Assembly (NCBI GenBank): GCA_963832745.1
Contig: CAWHVC010000003.1
Coordinates: 352,001-416,000, forward strand
Source: Candidatus Bathyarchaeota archaeon
GTDB lineage: Archaea > Thermoproteota > Bathyarchaeia > Bathyarchaeales > Bathycorpusculaceae
DNA length: 64,000 bases
Direction: 5' to 3'
Position 1 is the stretch's first letter; the number at the start of each line of letters is the position of its first letter. Under the pieces are notes generated by a model, which had not been told where the DNA came from, did not search any database, and saw only the letters and a program-made list of their open reading frames with translations. Below are positions 9,457 through 20,189 of this stretch, piece after piece. A program made the translations under genes and the position numbers.

Positions 9457-9942
9457 TTACGGATGCAACGGCAAAGTTTTACACCAATCAGCAATTTTCT
9501 TTTGGGTCTCTTCCTTATTAGCTAACGGAGAAATTAACCATAAAGTGCTAACTACAGTGGCGTCCTGTAGTAATTCTTTGGTTTTCTGGTCAGCCTGCTT
9601 AATATCACCATCAGAAGTATAAAACAACGCTACCCTCTTGCCTGACAAACTGTTTTGTTTAATGTAAGTTCTGACGGCGGGTGTTGGACTCCAAGCCCAA
9701 ATCGGTGTGCCGATAACAATTAGGTCGTAGTCTTTAGAAAGTTTTGTCGCTGAAGAAATTTCGGTTAAGCTTTTTCTGGATGCGTCCTTACCAGCCATTA
9801 TCCAACCAAGTTTGCCAGCGCGTTTCTTTTGGTCAACTATTTCTTCAATGTCAGCATTTAATTGAGTTGCAATATTTTCCGCAACAAACCTTGTTTTGCC
9901 TGTCCTTGAATAGTAAACAACTAAGCACTTCATCATAGTCAA
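9457..9942 (-). CDS. Flavodoxin family protein
   Basis: Motifs YYSRTGKT and GTPIWAW. Confidence 0.88.
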   Translation of the reverse strand: MTMMKCLVVYYSRTGKTRFVAENIATQLNADIEEIVDQKKRAGKLGWIMAGKDASRKSLTEISSATKLSKDYDLIVIGTPIWAWSPTPAVRTYIKQNSLSGKRVALFYTSDGDIKQADQKTKELLQDATVVSTLWLISPLANKEETQKKIADWCKTLPLHP

Positions 9943-10046
9943 ACTGGATTAATTTGAAGCTGTATAAGAAATTTGCTGTATAGAAGCGATTTCAAAATTT
10001 GAAAACAAGAACTAAAAAAGAAATTAAAAAGAAAAGATGAGATGGC

Positions 10047-11480
10047 TTATGGTTGCCATTTGTCAACGAGATATTTGGCTATCTCGCTGCTATCTCTTGG
10101 ACCGACCAGTGCTTTCCAGCCGCTGAGTTCTTCGATTTCGCCGCTGATGCGTGATGCTTTGCCTGGGATGATGATTTTGCGGTGTTTAACTTTGCTTTCG
10201 ATGCCTGTTGACTTGATTGCTTCTGCAACTTTGTCCGCGGTTAGTTTGCGTCCTGCGACACCACTGTCAATTGCTGAGCCCTCTGCGTCGACTACGATTA
10301 GGTAAGCGTTGGTTTTGTTGCTTTCAAGGTCTGCTGCTACTGTGTAGTAGGTTAAGGCGAAGTTTGAGGTGAAGAACACTGGCGAGTTCTCGTTTGGTGT
10401 GCCGAAGACTTTGAGGCCTGGTGCGACAGCGACTGGTTTGCGTGGGTCTGTGTAGATATTTTGGCGTAGGAATACTTCTGGCAGTTGTGCCCATCCGTCA
10501 GTGTTGTGAAGTATGATAATGTCTGCAAATCGAACAATTAGCATGCCGGCTGTGTAGGCTTCACGCCATTTGATTAGGTCATCTGCCATTTCGCCTTTGT
10601 TTGCCCAAGCTGTTAATGGTAAACCAAGCAGTGGGAAACCGGCTAAGTCGTTACCTTCTCTTGCGGCTGACCTGCGGAGCATTGTAAAGTTGTTAAGTGT
10701 ATCTGCTAAGCCGTCGTTGAAGAAGGTTCCTGGATCAAGAACTAAGTCTTTAACGCCATAGTTCTGCAGTGTTTTGCTTAAAGTCATCAAGCCGTTAAGA
10801 TCATTTGGTGCAGAAGCGACTAGTGGACAGTTGTACATTAAAGCTAATTCTGCCATGTCTTTCCAGTTTGTCATTGTTGCAGCGTAAAGCAGTGGACGTG
10901 CTTTTGGAATTGCCATAACACCTGCTTCAAGAACTGAAGGGTTCAAAGCACACAGGATTAATGGCAGTTTGGTGGTTTCTGAAACTTTTTTGACGCAGTT
11001 CTTAAATTTGTCAGCATCACCCGATGTTGAACGGACTGCAATCATGTCAAGCTTTAGATTGTTACCGATGTATTCGTAGCTAAAACCTTCTGTGCTTTTT
11101 ATGCGGCTAACTACTTCGCTTTCAGCCATTTCGTCTGTAACGTCAACTGCGATTGCGGTTGGATTAAAGTACGTGAATTCATGGCGGTACATGACAAGTT
11201 TGCCGCCGATTTTACGGGCACTTTCACCAGCACCAATCACGACTTCTTTAACTGGAGGTTTAAGCATTTCTTTTAGCTTATTGTAGTTCTTTGCGTTTTC
11301 TGGTTTTTGCAATGGCTTGCATTGGTCAATGTTTGCTTCGCGGGCAACAACTTTAGTGGCAAAAGCCATACAGTTTTCTTGTCCGCATTCTTTGCAGTTA
11401 GTTTTTGGAAGCAGTTTGTAAATGTCTATTGGGCTTAATTCTTTCTTTGCAGCTTTTTCACTCATTCTCTTTTCCTCCAA
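10047..11480 (-). CDS. cdhE: ACDS gamma subunit (large corrinoid Fe-S protein)
   Basis: LPKTNCKECGQENCMAFA, RQNIYTDP, TSNFALTY and operon context. Confidence 0.95.
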   Translation of the reverse strand: MEEKRMSEKAAKKELSPIDIYKLLPKTNCKECGQENCMAFATKVVAREANIDQCKPLQKPENAKNYNKLKEMLKPPVKEVVIGAGESARKIGGKLVMYRHEFTYFNPTAIAVDVTDEMAESEVVSRIKSTEGFSYEYIGNNLKLDMIAVRSTSGDADKFKNCVKKVSETTKLPLILCALNPSVLEAGVMAIPKARPLLYAATMTNWKDMAELALMYNCPLVASAPNDLNGLMTLSKTLQNYGVKDLVLDPGTFFNDGLADTLNNFTMLRRSAAREGNDLAGFPLLGLPLTAWANKGEMADDLIKWREAYTAGMLIVRFADIIILHNTDGWAQLPEVFLRQNIYTDPRKPVAVAPGLKVFGTPNENSPVFFTSNFALTYYTVAADLESNKTNAYLIVVDAEGSAIDSGVAGRKLTADKVAEAIKSTGIESKVKHRKIIIPGKASRISGEIEELSGWKALVGPRDSSEIAKYLVDKWQP

Positions 11481-11482
11481 GT

Positions 11483-12688
11483 TTACATTTTGGCTGAAAC
11501 CCAGTCTAAGAATTTGCTGGGATCAGCTTTTTTGCCGCTGGATAGGTTGTTGATGACGTCTTTGAGGGTTTTTACTGCTGCTGGGTGAATCATCATGAAC
11601 ATGTCTACGCCTGCAAGCAGTAAGGTTAAGGCTGTGGTTACTTCCCAAAGTGGACCTCTAAGTTCGCGTGGTTCCCATTTGTCTTCCATCTTTAGCCAAG
11701 CTTCGCGTGCTGCCCAAGCGTTGGTTGTTCCGGAGGACATTGGGTGTGCGAGTTCGCCGTCGCCAAGTAGACCGCCTAGTCTTGCGCGTTCCATGTTGGT
11801 GAAAGCGTAGTCTAAACCGTAACCTAAAGCGGCAGTTGATAAGTCCATAACGATGTCTTCTTTGCCAAGGTAATCGTAGAGTTTGCGGTTGAGTTCTCTT
11901 GCCATGTTCAAGTCCATTGGAGTAAATGATAGGACTGCGTGGTTGTTTTTCTTTGCAAGTTTTGCAATATTTTCAATGTTCATGTCACGTGTGAATGAAC
12001 TGAGTAGGAATCTTTCACCTGGGAAAGCTTGTGTTACTTCTTCGAATAAGGCTGTGTCTTTTACTGGGTCACCGCATCCACCGATTACGAGTGGAACGTC
12101 AACTGCTTGCATCACGTTTTCGATGGTTTTTAGCGTTGATTTTGGAGTAGCATCTTTGAGTAAGGGGTCAATGCTGATTAAGTGGATTGTAACCATGTCT
12201 GCACCGAATTTTTCGACTGCAAGTTTTGCCCAAGCTGCTGGGTCACCCAAAACTTCTTTCACGTGCATTTTGACAGCTTTTGACAATGGAACTTCCATGT
12301 CGAAAACGTCTAAGGTGACAACTGGCTTGTGTATAACCGGGCTTTCGAAAGTGTAAAAGGCAGGTGATTTTTCACCACCGATGGTTAAGCTTCTTCCACG
12401 GGTGCCACCTTCACTTTTAGTTGCGCCAAGTTTTACTTCAGCAATGCTGCCTGAGTATTTTTCGATTGGTGGATTGAATGTTTGTTGCAGTAAAGCAGCG
12501 GGTTTTGTCGGAATAGCTGATGGAAGTTTAAGCTGAGGTATACTTGCAACGCCAGCGTCAATTCTTAATTCTAGATTTTTAGCTTCAAGCTGGAAATCGT
12601 GGAGTTCGAGGTTTTGGAACTTAGCTAAAAGTTCCATTAACTCGGTCACGTCTACTCCGGCGTTTTTATCGTCTTTTTTATCTGCCAA
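11483..12688 (-). CDS. cdhD: ACDS delta subunit (small corrinoid Fe-S protein)
   Basis: EVKLGATKSEGGTR, ALGYGLDY and NAWAAREAW. Confidence 0.95.
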   Translation of the reverse strand: MADKKDDKNAGVDVTELMELLAKFQNLELHDFQLEAKNLELRIDAGVASIPQLKLPSAIPTKPAALLQQTFNPPIEKYSGSIAEVKLGATKSEGGTRGRSLTIGGEKSPAFYTFESPVIHKPVVTLDVFDMEVPLSKAVKMHVKEVLGDPAAWAKLAVEKFGADMVTIHLISIDPLLKDATPKSTLKTIENVMQAVDVPLVIGGCGDPVKDTALFEEVTQAFPGERFLLSSFTRDMNIENIAKLAKKNNHAVLSFTPMDLNMARELNRKLYDYLGKEDIVMDLSTAALGYGLDYAFTNMERARLGGLLGDGELAHPMSSGTTNAWAAREAWLKMEDKWEPRELRGPLWEVTTALTLLLAGVDMFMMIHPAAVKTLKDVINNLSSGKKADPSKFLDWVSAKM

Positions 12689-12694
12689 GGCTAC

Positions 12695-14092
12695 TCACCG
12701 TTTCTCTGCTTTTTCGTCTTTCTTTATTACAACTTTGGAAGCATAGATTTTTGCGTCAGTTAGAATTATTCTAAAGCCGCCAGCAGATATTGGCAAGGTT
12801 GATGCAGTCATGACAGGCATTGCGCCTTCGGCTGCTGCCTCAGGGGCTGCTTCAGCTGCAGGTGCTTCTTCTGCGACCCATCTTGCAACTACGGGGTGAT
12901 TCTTTGCCTTAAGGAATGCTTGAAGTTCCTCAACATTCTTTGCATCGTCTTCTGTTGCAATCTTGTCAACCACGTCTGCAGGGATGAATTCTTTGACTTT
13001 TTCTTTGACTTCCTTAGGTAGCCAAACTATGCGGTTCCATCCACCGTCTGCTGCGAAGAATTTGCTGCTACGCATGTATTCAAGTGACATACCGTGGAAT
13101 CCGTCGATTTGGCGTCCGCCGGCTGTTGAGTCTGCTAAAGTGCTGAAGGGCAAACCGTTGACTGTTGCACCTTTAAAGCCTCTGTGAACTACTCCTAAGC
13201 CGTCAACTTCTGGAATGTAAAATGCAACTGCTTCGAAGCATCCACATGAAGTATGTGGGTGATCAAATGCTGTGTAAAGCCAGACTTTGGTAACTTCGCC
13301 CATGCTACGTTTCTTTGCTGCTTCGTTGACGCCGCTGAATTCGCCTTTTTCTTCGTTAATAATTTCGCCTCTTGGAATTGCGAAGATTGGACCTTTTGGA
13401 TCAATACTTGCTGAGGCTTTGCCGTCAAACCAGCTGATGGCGCCACAGTTACTGTATCTTTGTGGTGTGATAACACAAACGTGGCTTGGAGCGAATGATT
13501 GACAAAGGACACAACCGTAGAATGTATCTACTTCGCTGTCTTTGAGGCCTCTGGCTTTTGCGTCGCGAGCTTCATATGATGACATTGCTTGCGGATACAT
13601 TTCAGAGATTTTTGCTGTGTCAGTTATGAAGGTTATTTGCAGTTTTTCAATAATTGGCAGTTCGCTCTTGAATAAGCGGTAGAGAACTTTGCCCATTAGA
13701 TCAAAGCTGTTAAAGCCTTTCTGGAATGATTTTTTGCCTAAACGCATCCAGATGTCATAGCGTTGGTTTAAGTGCATAAAGCCTTCAATGTAGTTTAGGT
13801 AGCCGTGAAGACGCCTTTCAATGACACCTTCAAGTCCCGGATCTAATTGTGCGCCTGCTGCTTCGATAAGAATGCCTAAGGGGTATGCGCCGCCTTCTTT
13901 GAGGTCTTTTAGGTCTGGACCGATAATGGTAACTTTGCCATCTTCGATTTGATCCATTGGTTTTACTTTTGCGATTTCAAACTTTTCTTTGACTGTTGGA
14001 CCGCCGAGTTCGACTTGCATGTCGTTACGTCGGATACGTTCGCCTTCGTATATTACTCCAACTTCTACTGGTATATCTTTAAACATTGACAT
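12695..14092 (-). CDS. cdhC: ACDS beta subunit (acetyl-CoA synthase)
   Basis: A-cluster ligand motifs FYGCVLCQSFAPSHVC, CGAISW and HTSCGCFE. Confidence 0.96.
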   Translation of the reverse strand: MSMFKDIPVEVGVIYEGERIRRNDMQVELGGPTVKEKFEIAKVKPMDQIEDGKVTIIGPDLKDLKEGGAYPLGILIEAAGAQLDPGLEGVIERRLHGYLNYIEGFMHLNQRYDIWMRLGKKSFQKGFNSFDLMGKVLYRLFKSELPIIEKLQITFITDTAKISEMYPQAMSSYEARDAKARGLKDSEVDTFYGCVLCQSFAPSHVCVITPQRYSNCGAISWFDGKASASIDPKGPIFAIPRGEIINEEKGEFSGVNEAAKKRSMGEVTKVWLYTAFDHPHTSCGCFEAVAFYIPEVDGLGVVHRGFKGATVNGLPFSTLADSTAGGRQIDGFHGMSLEYMRSSKFFAADGGWNRIVWLPKEVKEKVKEFIPADVVDKIATEDDAKNVEELQAFLKAKNHPVVARWVAEEAPAAEAAPEAAAEGAMPVMTASTLPISAGGFRIILTDAKIYASKVVIKKDEKAEKR

Positions 14093-14097
14093 TTTGT

Positions 14098-14640
14098 TTA
14101 ATTTCCTCCATTAAATTGGGTGGTCATTACTTTGAGATTGGTTGCCCATGCCTCTTCACTGCCATTTGGAAATGACCAGCTTGCATGGACATGATAGGTA
14201 TTGTCAAGAGTCATAGTTTTTAGGTCTGGTGCAAAGTGTTTGAGTCCTGAAAGGATCAAAGCTTCCATATAGTAGGGTAAACCAACGTACATGACAAGGT
14301 CTGGGTGGCCTTTGCCATCAAGTCCTTGCCAGGTTGGATCGACTACTCTGTTGCTTATGTCTATTGCATTCATGAAAGCTGCTGGTTGGTAACCTCTTTT
14401 TACGAATTCACCAACTATGTGAGCTGTTGCAACTACTGGAACGTTGGATGCTTTTGCAAGGTCAATTATGAAGTCTATTACCGGTTTGCCTTCTAGCTGC
14501 CTTGTGACAACGTTGCTCCCCACAATAAGAAGTGGGCGAACTGCTTTTTTGATCATTGCCACTGCGATCTCGGGTTTTTGGATTGGGTTTGCTTTTTTAG
14601 TTGCAGCTATTTCTGCACATTGCCATGGTTCACACGACAT
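14098..14640 (-). CDS. cdhB: ACDS epsilon subunit
   Basis: RPLLIVG, WQGLDGKG and HASWSFPN; lies between the alpha and beta genes. Confidence 0.93.
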   Translation of the reverse strand: MSCEPWQCAEIAATKKANPIQKPEIAVAMIKKAVRPLLIVGSNVVTRQLEGKPVIDFIIDLAKASNVPVVATAHIVGEFVKRGYQPAAFMNAIDISNRVVDPTWQGLDGKGHPDLVMYVGLPYYMEALILSGLKHFAPDLKTMTLDNTYHVHASWSFPNGSEEAWATNLKVMTTQFNGGN

Positions 14641-14646
14641 TCATGA

Positions 14647-16995
14647 TCACTCCTTAGCCTTCCTGATCATTCTTGGAAGCATTGTCGGGTCAGGAATTAT
14701 TGATTCCTTCCAGCCTTTTGCTTTCAGAATTTCAGTGATTTCATCTTTCATTGTAATGGGTATGTCTGCTGGTGTTCGAATAAACCTGTCGATGTCTTGG
14801 GGCATTACGCCGTAGTGACGTTTGTGTAGGTCGATGTAGTGGGTCAGTTTTCCTGAACGTCCTTTCCATGTGTCGTTTGGTCTAATGCATAGTTTTGCAA
14901 TTGTGACCATTGCCTCTTGTGGCGTTTCGACTGTTTGGAAGAGGTGTTCTGGTGCTGGACCAACGTTTACTGTCTCGCCTGTGCGTGCATCGTAGACTTC
15001 CCAGTTTTCTGGTTTGTCTGATCTGCCTAAGAGCATACGACGGTATTTTGTTCCGTGAGGACCAACTAGGACTGGAACACCTAAGCTCCAGAAGCCAGCT
15101 GCGATTGAGGCTGCTTTCTGTGAATATGCACCCCAAGCTAAACCGACTGCGCCTACACGGTTGTGTATGTAGTCAGCGATTTCCTCATAGTTTCCTCTGA
15201 GGTTGCGTTTTGCAAAGATGTTTGCTACTTTGATTGCTGCGCCTGCGATGTGTGGGTTGGAAACACATGAACCAACGTTGAGAACTCCTCCAGCTTCGAA
15301 TCCGCCTGGGAATTCTTCGTAGAGGGTCTTGCCTTCTTCGTTCTTGTAGGAACCAGCGGACATTGCTGAGCAACCGGATGTTACTACAATGTATCTTCTG
15401 CTTGCGAATTCTCGGGCGATGTCGTAGACGTCTTTACCGCCGTTTGGATAGTTAGCGCAACCTACTAAGGCGACAATTCCTGGAATTTCACCTAAGACGA
15501 TTGGACCACCGACGCTGCGGATTTCCACGTCTGAGACTGCACCTCTGCCTGAACGACAATAGTTAGTTTCTGCGAGCATCTTCTTTTCGCCAACTTTGAG
15601 TATGTAGCTGTGGATTTCTAGTTTAACAGGACATGCTTCTTCACATCTTCCGCAACCTATGCATGCTTCATATAAATCTGCAAGTTTTGAGTAGTCTCCT
15701 TCAGCTGCAGCGCGGATGGCTGGTTCAATTTTGAGGTCTTGTGGGCAACTTCTTTGGCACATGTTGCAGTGGCGGCATTTCTTTGCGAGTTCTTTGATTT
15801 GATCTAATTCTGGAAGTGACTTCATCTTCTTGCGTAATGGCGCAACTTTTTGAGCCACTCTGACTGCGACTTCGCCGACTTTTTCTGGGTCAAGAAGCAG
15901 TACACCTGGAACTTTGCGGGTAACGAGGTCTTCAACAATTTGGTCTACTGGATCGTTTGTGCGGTCCTTGTAGCCTATGCAGTTTTTCTCAGATGCTGCA
16001 ATAACTGGTGCTTGAACACGTTCAGCTTCAAGTGAAGCATCTGTGCGGACACATTGCTCATCTAAGACGACTACGTCTGCAAATCCACCGCGTATGAATC
16101 TAAGTTCCCATGAAATCGGTCCAACGATTTTAGCACGGTCGTAATATCTTGTGTTGTCAATGGCAGTGCAGCATAAGCCGACTACTTCCATTTTATCGTC
16201 AAGTTTTTGTTCTTTCATGAAATCGATGATTCCGACTGAAGGAATAACGTTGTGACCAATGCACATGATGACTGGTTTTGTTGTGTCAACTGTTCCGATA
16301 CCCATCTTGATCAATGGAGCTTCTGGTTCTGCTTTCGGGAAGCCTAATGTTGAAATCTGAGCAATATCTGCGATTTCCATGCCTACTTGGTCCATTCTGC
16401 CTGCATGGAATGCTTTTGACTCAAAATCTAAATTGTTTGATTCTTGACCAGTGTGGGCAGCAGAAAGAAGGTGAGTGATTTGTGATTCAGTGTATGCTAA
16501 AATATCATCCAAGTCGCCGAGAGTGTCAGGTTTTACGCCTGTGATAAGTCTTGTAACCGGCGCTTCAACCTTAACGTTTAACCCGCCTACGTCAAGCGGG
16601 AATTTTCGGCCGTATACTTCAATTAAGTGGTCAACAACATGTCGAGCGTGCGCATTGTGAGTTGCAGCACCAATACAACAGGCAATTAGAACAATACGAG
16701 AAGACTGGTCTGCAATGTTGAGTCCACATGCACCGCGTTTTCCAGCTGTCAAGTCACATTTACCGTATGTACAAAGACAGCATAAATCACAATCAGGCAT
16801 GTAGAATGGCTTGTATTTATTAAGTAACTTCAAGTCCCAATCGCGAAGTGTGCTAATGTGGGGCATGGGGGTTGGACCCATGGGTTCATCCCAATTGTCA
16901 GTAACAACTTTGCCGATGGATAACTCAAGGTTTTTCACAAGGCCACTACTAGTTTTCATTTCGTCAATTTTTACACGAACGTTTTTGGTGGTCAA
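14647..16995 (-). CDS. cdhA: ACDS alpha subunit (CO dehydrogenase)
   Basis: EPMGPTPMP, CDLCCLCTYGKC, GHN, two ferredoxin motifs and GSCVSNPH. Confidence 0.97.
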   Translation of the reverse strand: MTTKNVRVKIDEMKTSSGLVKNLELSIGKVVTDNWDEPMGPTPMPHISTLRDWDLKLLNKYKPFYMPDCDLCCLCTYGKCDLTAGKRGACGLNIADQSSRIVLIACCIGAATHNAHARHVVDHLIEVYGRKFPLDVGGLNVKVEAPVTRLITGVKPDTLGDLDDILAYTESQITHLLSAAHTGQESNNLDFESKAFHAGRMDQVGMEIADIAQISTLGFPKAEPEAPLIKMGIGTVDTTKPVIMCIGHNVIPSVGIIDFMKEQKLDDKMEVVGLCCTAIDNTRYYDRAKIVGPISWELRFIRGGFADVVVLDEQCVRTDASLEAERVQAPVIAASEKNCIGYKDRTNDPVDQIVEDLVTRKVPGVLLLDPEKVGEVAVRVAQKVAPLRKKMKSLPELDQIKELAKKCRHCNMCQRSCPQDLKIEPAIRAAAEGDYSKLADLYEACIGCGRCEEACPVKLEIHSYILKVGEKKMLAETNYCRSGRGAVSDVEIRSVGGPIVLGEIPGIVALVGCANYPNGGKDVYDIAREFASRRYIVVTSGCSAMSAGSYKNEEGKTLYEEFPGGFEAGGVLNVGSCVSNPHIAGAAIKVANIFAKRNLRGNYEEIADYIHNRVGAVGLAWGAYSQKAASIAAGFWSLGVPVLVGPHGTKYRRMLLGRSDKPENWEVYDARTGETVNVGPAPEHLFQTVETPQEAMVTIAKLCIRPNDTWKGRSGKLTHYIDLHKRHYGVMPQDIDRFIRTPADIPITMKDEITEILKAKGWKESIIPDPTMLPRMIRKAKE

Positions 16996-17128
16996 ATTCT
17001 AACCTCTGTAAAGGTTTGGATAACTACCCAGCGTACAATGTTTTTAAACTTTTGGGGATTCTTTGTATAAAAGTCACGTGAGATAATAAGAAATAAAAAA
17101 AATAAAAAAATAGTATAAAAGAAATTTA

Positions 17129-17893
17129 CTAAAGATAATTAAGGCTTTCTAACATCTTTTTAACTGAAAGATACGCCGAGTTATCGTTTGGCAAATCAAT
17201 CAAAGACTTACCGTTAAGCACATAATCATCTAACTGTGGATCTTGAGCAATTTTGCCTAGATACTTGAACTTTAAATCAGCTTCAGCCTGTTTACCTAAA
17301 TCATCAGGGAAACGATAGCCGCCGATGAGGTAGAAGTTCTGGTATTGCATATCAACTTCAGTCATAATTCGCACAGCTCTACGCACGTGGTCTTGTGACT
17401 TCTTTGAATGGTCTAAAATGTCAAAAATGTCATCAACTTTTGAGGTGATACGCCTGTTTAGGTTTTCAAGACCAGCCGGAGAATCAATAAGTACATATTC
17501 ATAATTTTTTGTTAAAGATTCCAAGGCGCCTTTGAGTGCAGTATTTGGCATGCAGTAGCAGCCTTCAATCCACTTCGTTCCAATACCTAGAAAATCAAAA
17601 TGTTGACCTTCATAAAGCCCGTTTTCCCAGATACGGCTTTCAATGCGTTGCGCAGGGGGAACGCCAACTGTAGTGCCGCCACCTTGAATGAAAGTACTAA
17701 CAACTAGGTCTGCAATTGTTGATTTTCCTGCTTCTTTTAGGTCGATTCCCACCATTTCGGCAAGGTTTTGGTCGGGGTCAGCGTCAACAAGTAGTATAGG
17801 TGATTTACCTGCTTCTATAAAGCATTTAGTCATTAAGCCGGTAAAGCTGGATTTTCCTGTCCCGCCTCGCCCAACTGTGACAAGAGTTTTCAT
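17129..17893 (-). CDS. cooC: CooC/AcsF nickel-insertion ATPase
   Basis: GRGGTGKS, DADPDQNL, GCYC and DSPAGLE. Confidence 0.88.
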   Translation of the reverse strand: MKTLVTVGRGGTGKSSFTGLMTKCFIEAGKSPILLVDADPDQNLAEMVGIDLKEAGKSTIADLVVSTFIQGGGTTVGVPPAQRIESRIWENGLYEGQHFDFLGIGTKWIEGCYCMPNTALKGALESLTKNYEYVLIDSPAGLENLNRRITSKVDDIFDILDHSKKSQDHVRRAVRIMTEVDMQYQNFYLIGGYRFPDDLGKQAEADLKFKYLGKIAQDPQLDDYVLNGKSLIDLPNDNSAYLSVKKMLESLNYL

Positions 17894-17909
17894 TTTTAAA
17901 ACGGTCTCC

Positions 17910-18698
17910 TTAAACTGATTGTTCTGTTTTTTTAAGCAAAAGCTCGCATATATTATCGATGGCTTTCACTGAAGAAATTTCCTTGTTTAATAGTGGAGTT
18001 TTTCCAAGCATATCAGATTCAGTTACTTTAGTATCAAATGGAATAAAGTCAAGCACTTGCAAACCATTTTTATCAGCAAAACTTTGGATAGCTGCTTTTT
18101 GCTCGTCGTTCATTACTCGGTTGCCGACAAGGTAAAGTTTCTGCATTCCAGCTTCTGCAGCCATATCATGAATGTGTTTTGCAATTTCTAAGGATTTAAG
18201 GTTAGAATCTGCAACAATAAGTAGTACATCTACCTGTCTTGCTGTGCCTCTGCCGATGTGTTCCACGCCGGCTTCAAGATCTAAAACTACTGCTTCATCT
18301 GTTTCGACCACTAGGTATCGAAGCAAGGCGCGAATGACTGCTGTTGGAGCACACATACACCCGGCACCCATTGAATGCACTGTTCCCATAACAATCAAGT
18401 TTACACCTAACGGGGTAGAGACAGAATACTCTTTAACGATGTCGTCAACCCTAAAATTTAAGTTATAAATGCCGTTGTAGCCTGAATCAGTTTTTGATTC
18501 TACCAACTGTTTGTTTTCAGAAATTGGCTTGATTTTTCGTGCTTCTTCAGCTGTTAAACCTAAAGTCAAAGCTAAATTTGGAGACGAATCAGCGTCGATT
18601 GCTATTGTTTTGTATTTTCTTTCAGCAAACCCCAAGGCTAATCCGCCAGCAATTAGGGTTTTGCCTACGCCACCTTTACCAGAAACTGCTATTTTCAT
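17910..18698 (-). CDS. cooC: CooC/AcsF nickel-insertion ATPase (second paralogue)
   Basis: MKIAVSGKGGVGKT, GCMC and DLEAGVEHIGRGT. Confidence 0.9.
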   Translation of the reverse strand: MKIAVSGKGGVGKTLIAGGLALGFAERKYKTIAIDADSSPNLALTLGLTAEEARKIKPISENKQLVESKTDSGYNGIYNLNFRVDDIVKEYSVSTPLGVNLIVMGTVHSMGAGCMCAPTAVIRALLRYLVVETDEAVVLDLEAGVEHIGRGTARQVDVLLIVADSNLKSLEIAKHIHDMAAEAGMQKLYLVGNRVMNDEQKAAIQSFADKNGLQVLDFIPFDTKVTESDMLGKTPLLNKEISSVKAIDNICELLLKKTEQSV

Positions 18699-19247
18699 AA
18701 TAAAGTCACTGACCAATGAATTGCTCGTGGCGAATTAATTTACGTTTCCTTGAAAAATGCAACTATTGGATGTTTAACAAAGAAGAAAAGCAGTATCCCA
18801 TCATTACAACTGTATCTTGAAGCAGTTGTAGTATTATCTGGATTACTAAAATTTCCTGCAAGAACGACTGAAGGTTGAAACCAGCAGATTTTGACCACCA
18901 GAAATGTTGGTTTCTTGGAGGAAATCCCATTCAGCCGTTTTGCAAGATTAAAAAGGGTATGGGGTTTTCACTTTGCAGCCTTGGTTAGTATTGAACTGCG
19001 GGAGGGTGTGTATTGTGGAGAGCCTAAACATGGGGATGACTGAGGATAGTTTGATGTTTAGGGGTGCTGCAGGTGGCTGTTTTGTGTGTATACCCATTTC
19101 AGTAACACCTTTTTATAAAAAAGTAATACTATAAGCAGGTATTTAAGCATTCTCAAAACAAGCAAACAAAACCACCATAAAGCACAAAAACCAAAACCAA
19201 CCACAAACAACTTAAAGACTCAAACAATGACAAATAAATGAAACAAA

Positions 19248-19535
19248 ATGCTATCCAAAACTCCAAACACAACAGACAAACTATCCAAAGAAACCTTAGA
19301 TAAAGAAATCCTAAGAGCAGGCATAATCGCCGAGTTAGACGCCATCAACCTCTATGAACAAATGGCAGTTCTATCAAGCAATCCACTTATCAAAAAAATG
19401 CTCCTTGACATAGCCAAAGAAGAAAAAACCCACGTAGGCGAATTCCAAACATTGCTCTTAGCTTTTGATGCCGAACAAGCTAAAGAGTTAGAAGAAGGCA
19501 AAAAAGAAGTTGAAGAACTAAAAGACGAAGCCTAA
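19248..19535 (+). CDS. Short ferritin/rubrerythrin-like protein (Flp/EncFtn-like)
   Basis: Di-iron motifs AELDAINLYEQ and EEKTHVGEF. Confidence 0.85.
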   Translation: MLSKTPNTTDKLSKETLDKEILRAGIIAELDAINLYEQMAVLSSNPLIKKMLLDIAKEEKTHVGEFQTLLLAFDAEQAKELEEGKKEVEELKDEA

Positions 19536-19565
19536 ACCATACACTTTTCATTTTTATTTTAGGAC

Positions 19566-20057
19566 TCAGCAGTCTTTTATTTGTTTAAGCAACGTTTTTC
19601 TTGGATAAAACCCGTAACGACTGTAAAACCCAAACGCTTGTTCGTTACCTACAGCTACTTCAACGATTTTTGTGGTGACACCTTTCTTATCCATCCAAGC
19701 CAACGCTTTCTTCATTAACGCGTCACCGACCCCAAACCCACGGTAAGAAGGCGCGACAAAAACGGAGTCTATTTCACCAGTTTTTTCTTTATTTATGGTA
19801 CAAACGAGGTAGCCAACATTCTGAGTTGTGGATTTATCGGTGGCAAGATCAATGCGAATTTGAGTTTGACTTGCTTTTTTCTGTAAGTCAGCTTTTCGTT
19901 CATCAAAAGTGAAAATTTGATAATGCTGTTTAAAATATGGGGACAGAAGCAAATGGTGCTCGTTTAGCCCTTCCCATAACGTTTTTATCTCGTCAAGAAT
20001 CGTTTCGTTTCCATGCGCATATTTGATTTTTGGCTTATTTGCCGAAGTATCCTGCAT
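19566..20057 (-). CDS. GNAT family N-acetyltransferase
   Basis: VFVAPSYRGFGVGDALM and NEQAFGFYSRYGF. Start codon uncertain. Confidence 0.85.
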   Translation of the reverse strand: MQDTSANKPKIKYAHGNETILDEIKTLWEGLNEHHLLLSPYFKQHYQIFTFDERKADLQKKASQTQIRIDLATDKSTTQNVGYLVCTINKEKTGEIDSVFVAPSYRGFGVGDALMKKALAWMDKKGVTTKIVEVAVGNEQAFGFYSRYGFYPRKTLLKQIKDC

Positions 20058-20189
20058 GCTACCTACAACCGTGCAAGCAACAGTTAAACAAGGCACCTTT
20101 AGGCTTTTAGGTGTTTGGATAATCCGCGACTAAGCAAAAAGAGTCTTAAACTTTTTAGAGCAAGAACAACATAAAATAGCTGGATTAAA

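Noticed and set aside
12780-12880. Ala/Glu/Pro low-complexity repeat in cdhC
   Set aside because: It is the usual flexible linker of ACDS beta subunits.
18740-19240. About 500 bp without a long ORF, upstream of cooC
   Set aside because: Only short interrupted frames are present; no family or RNA structure could be supported.
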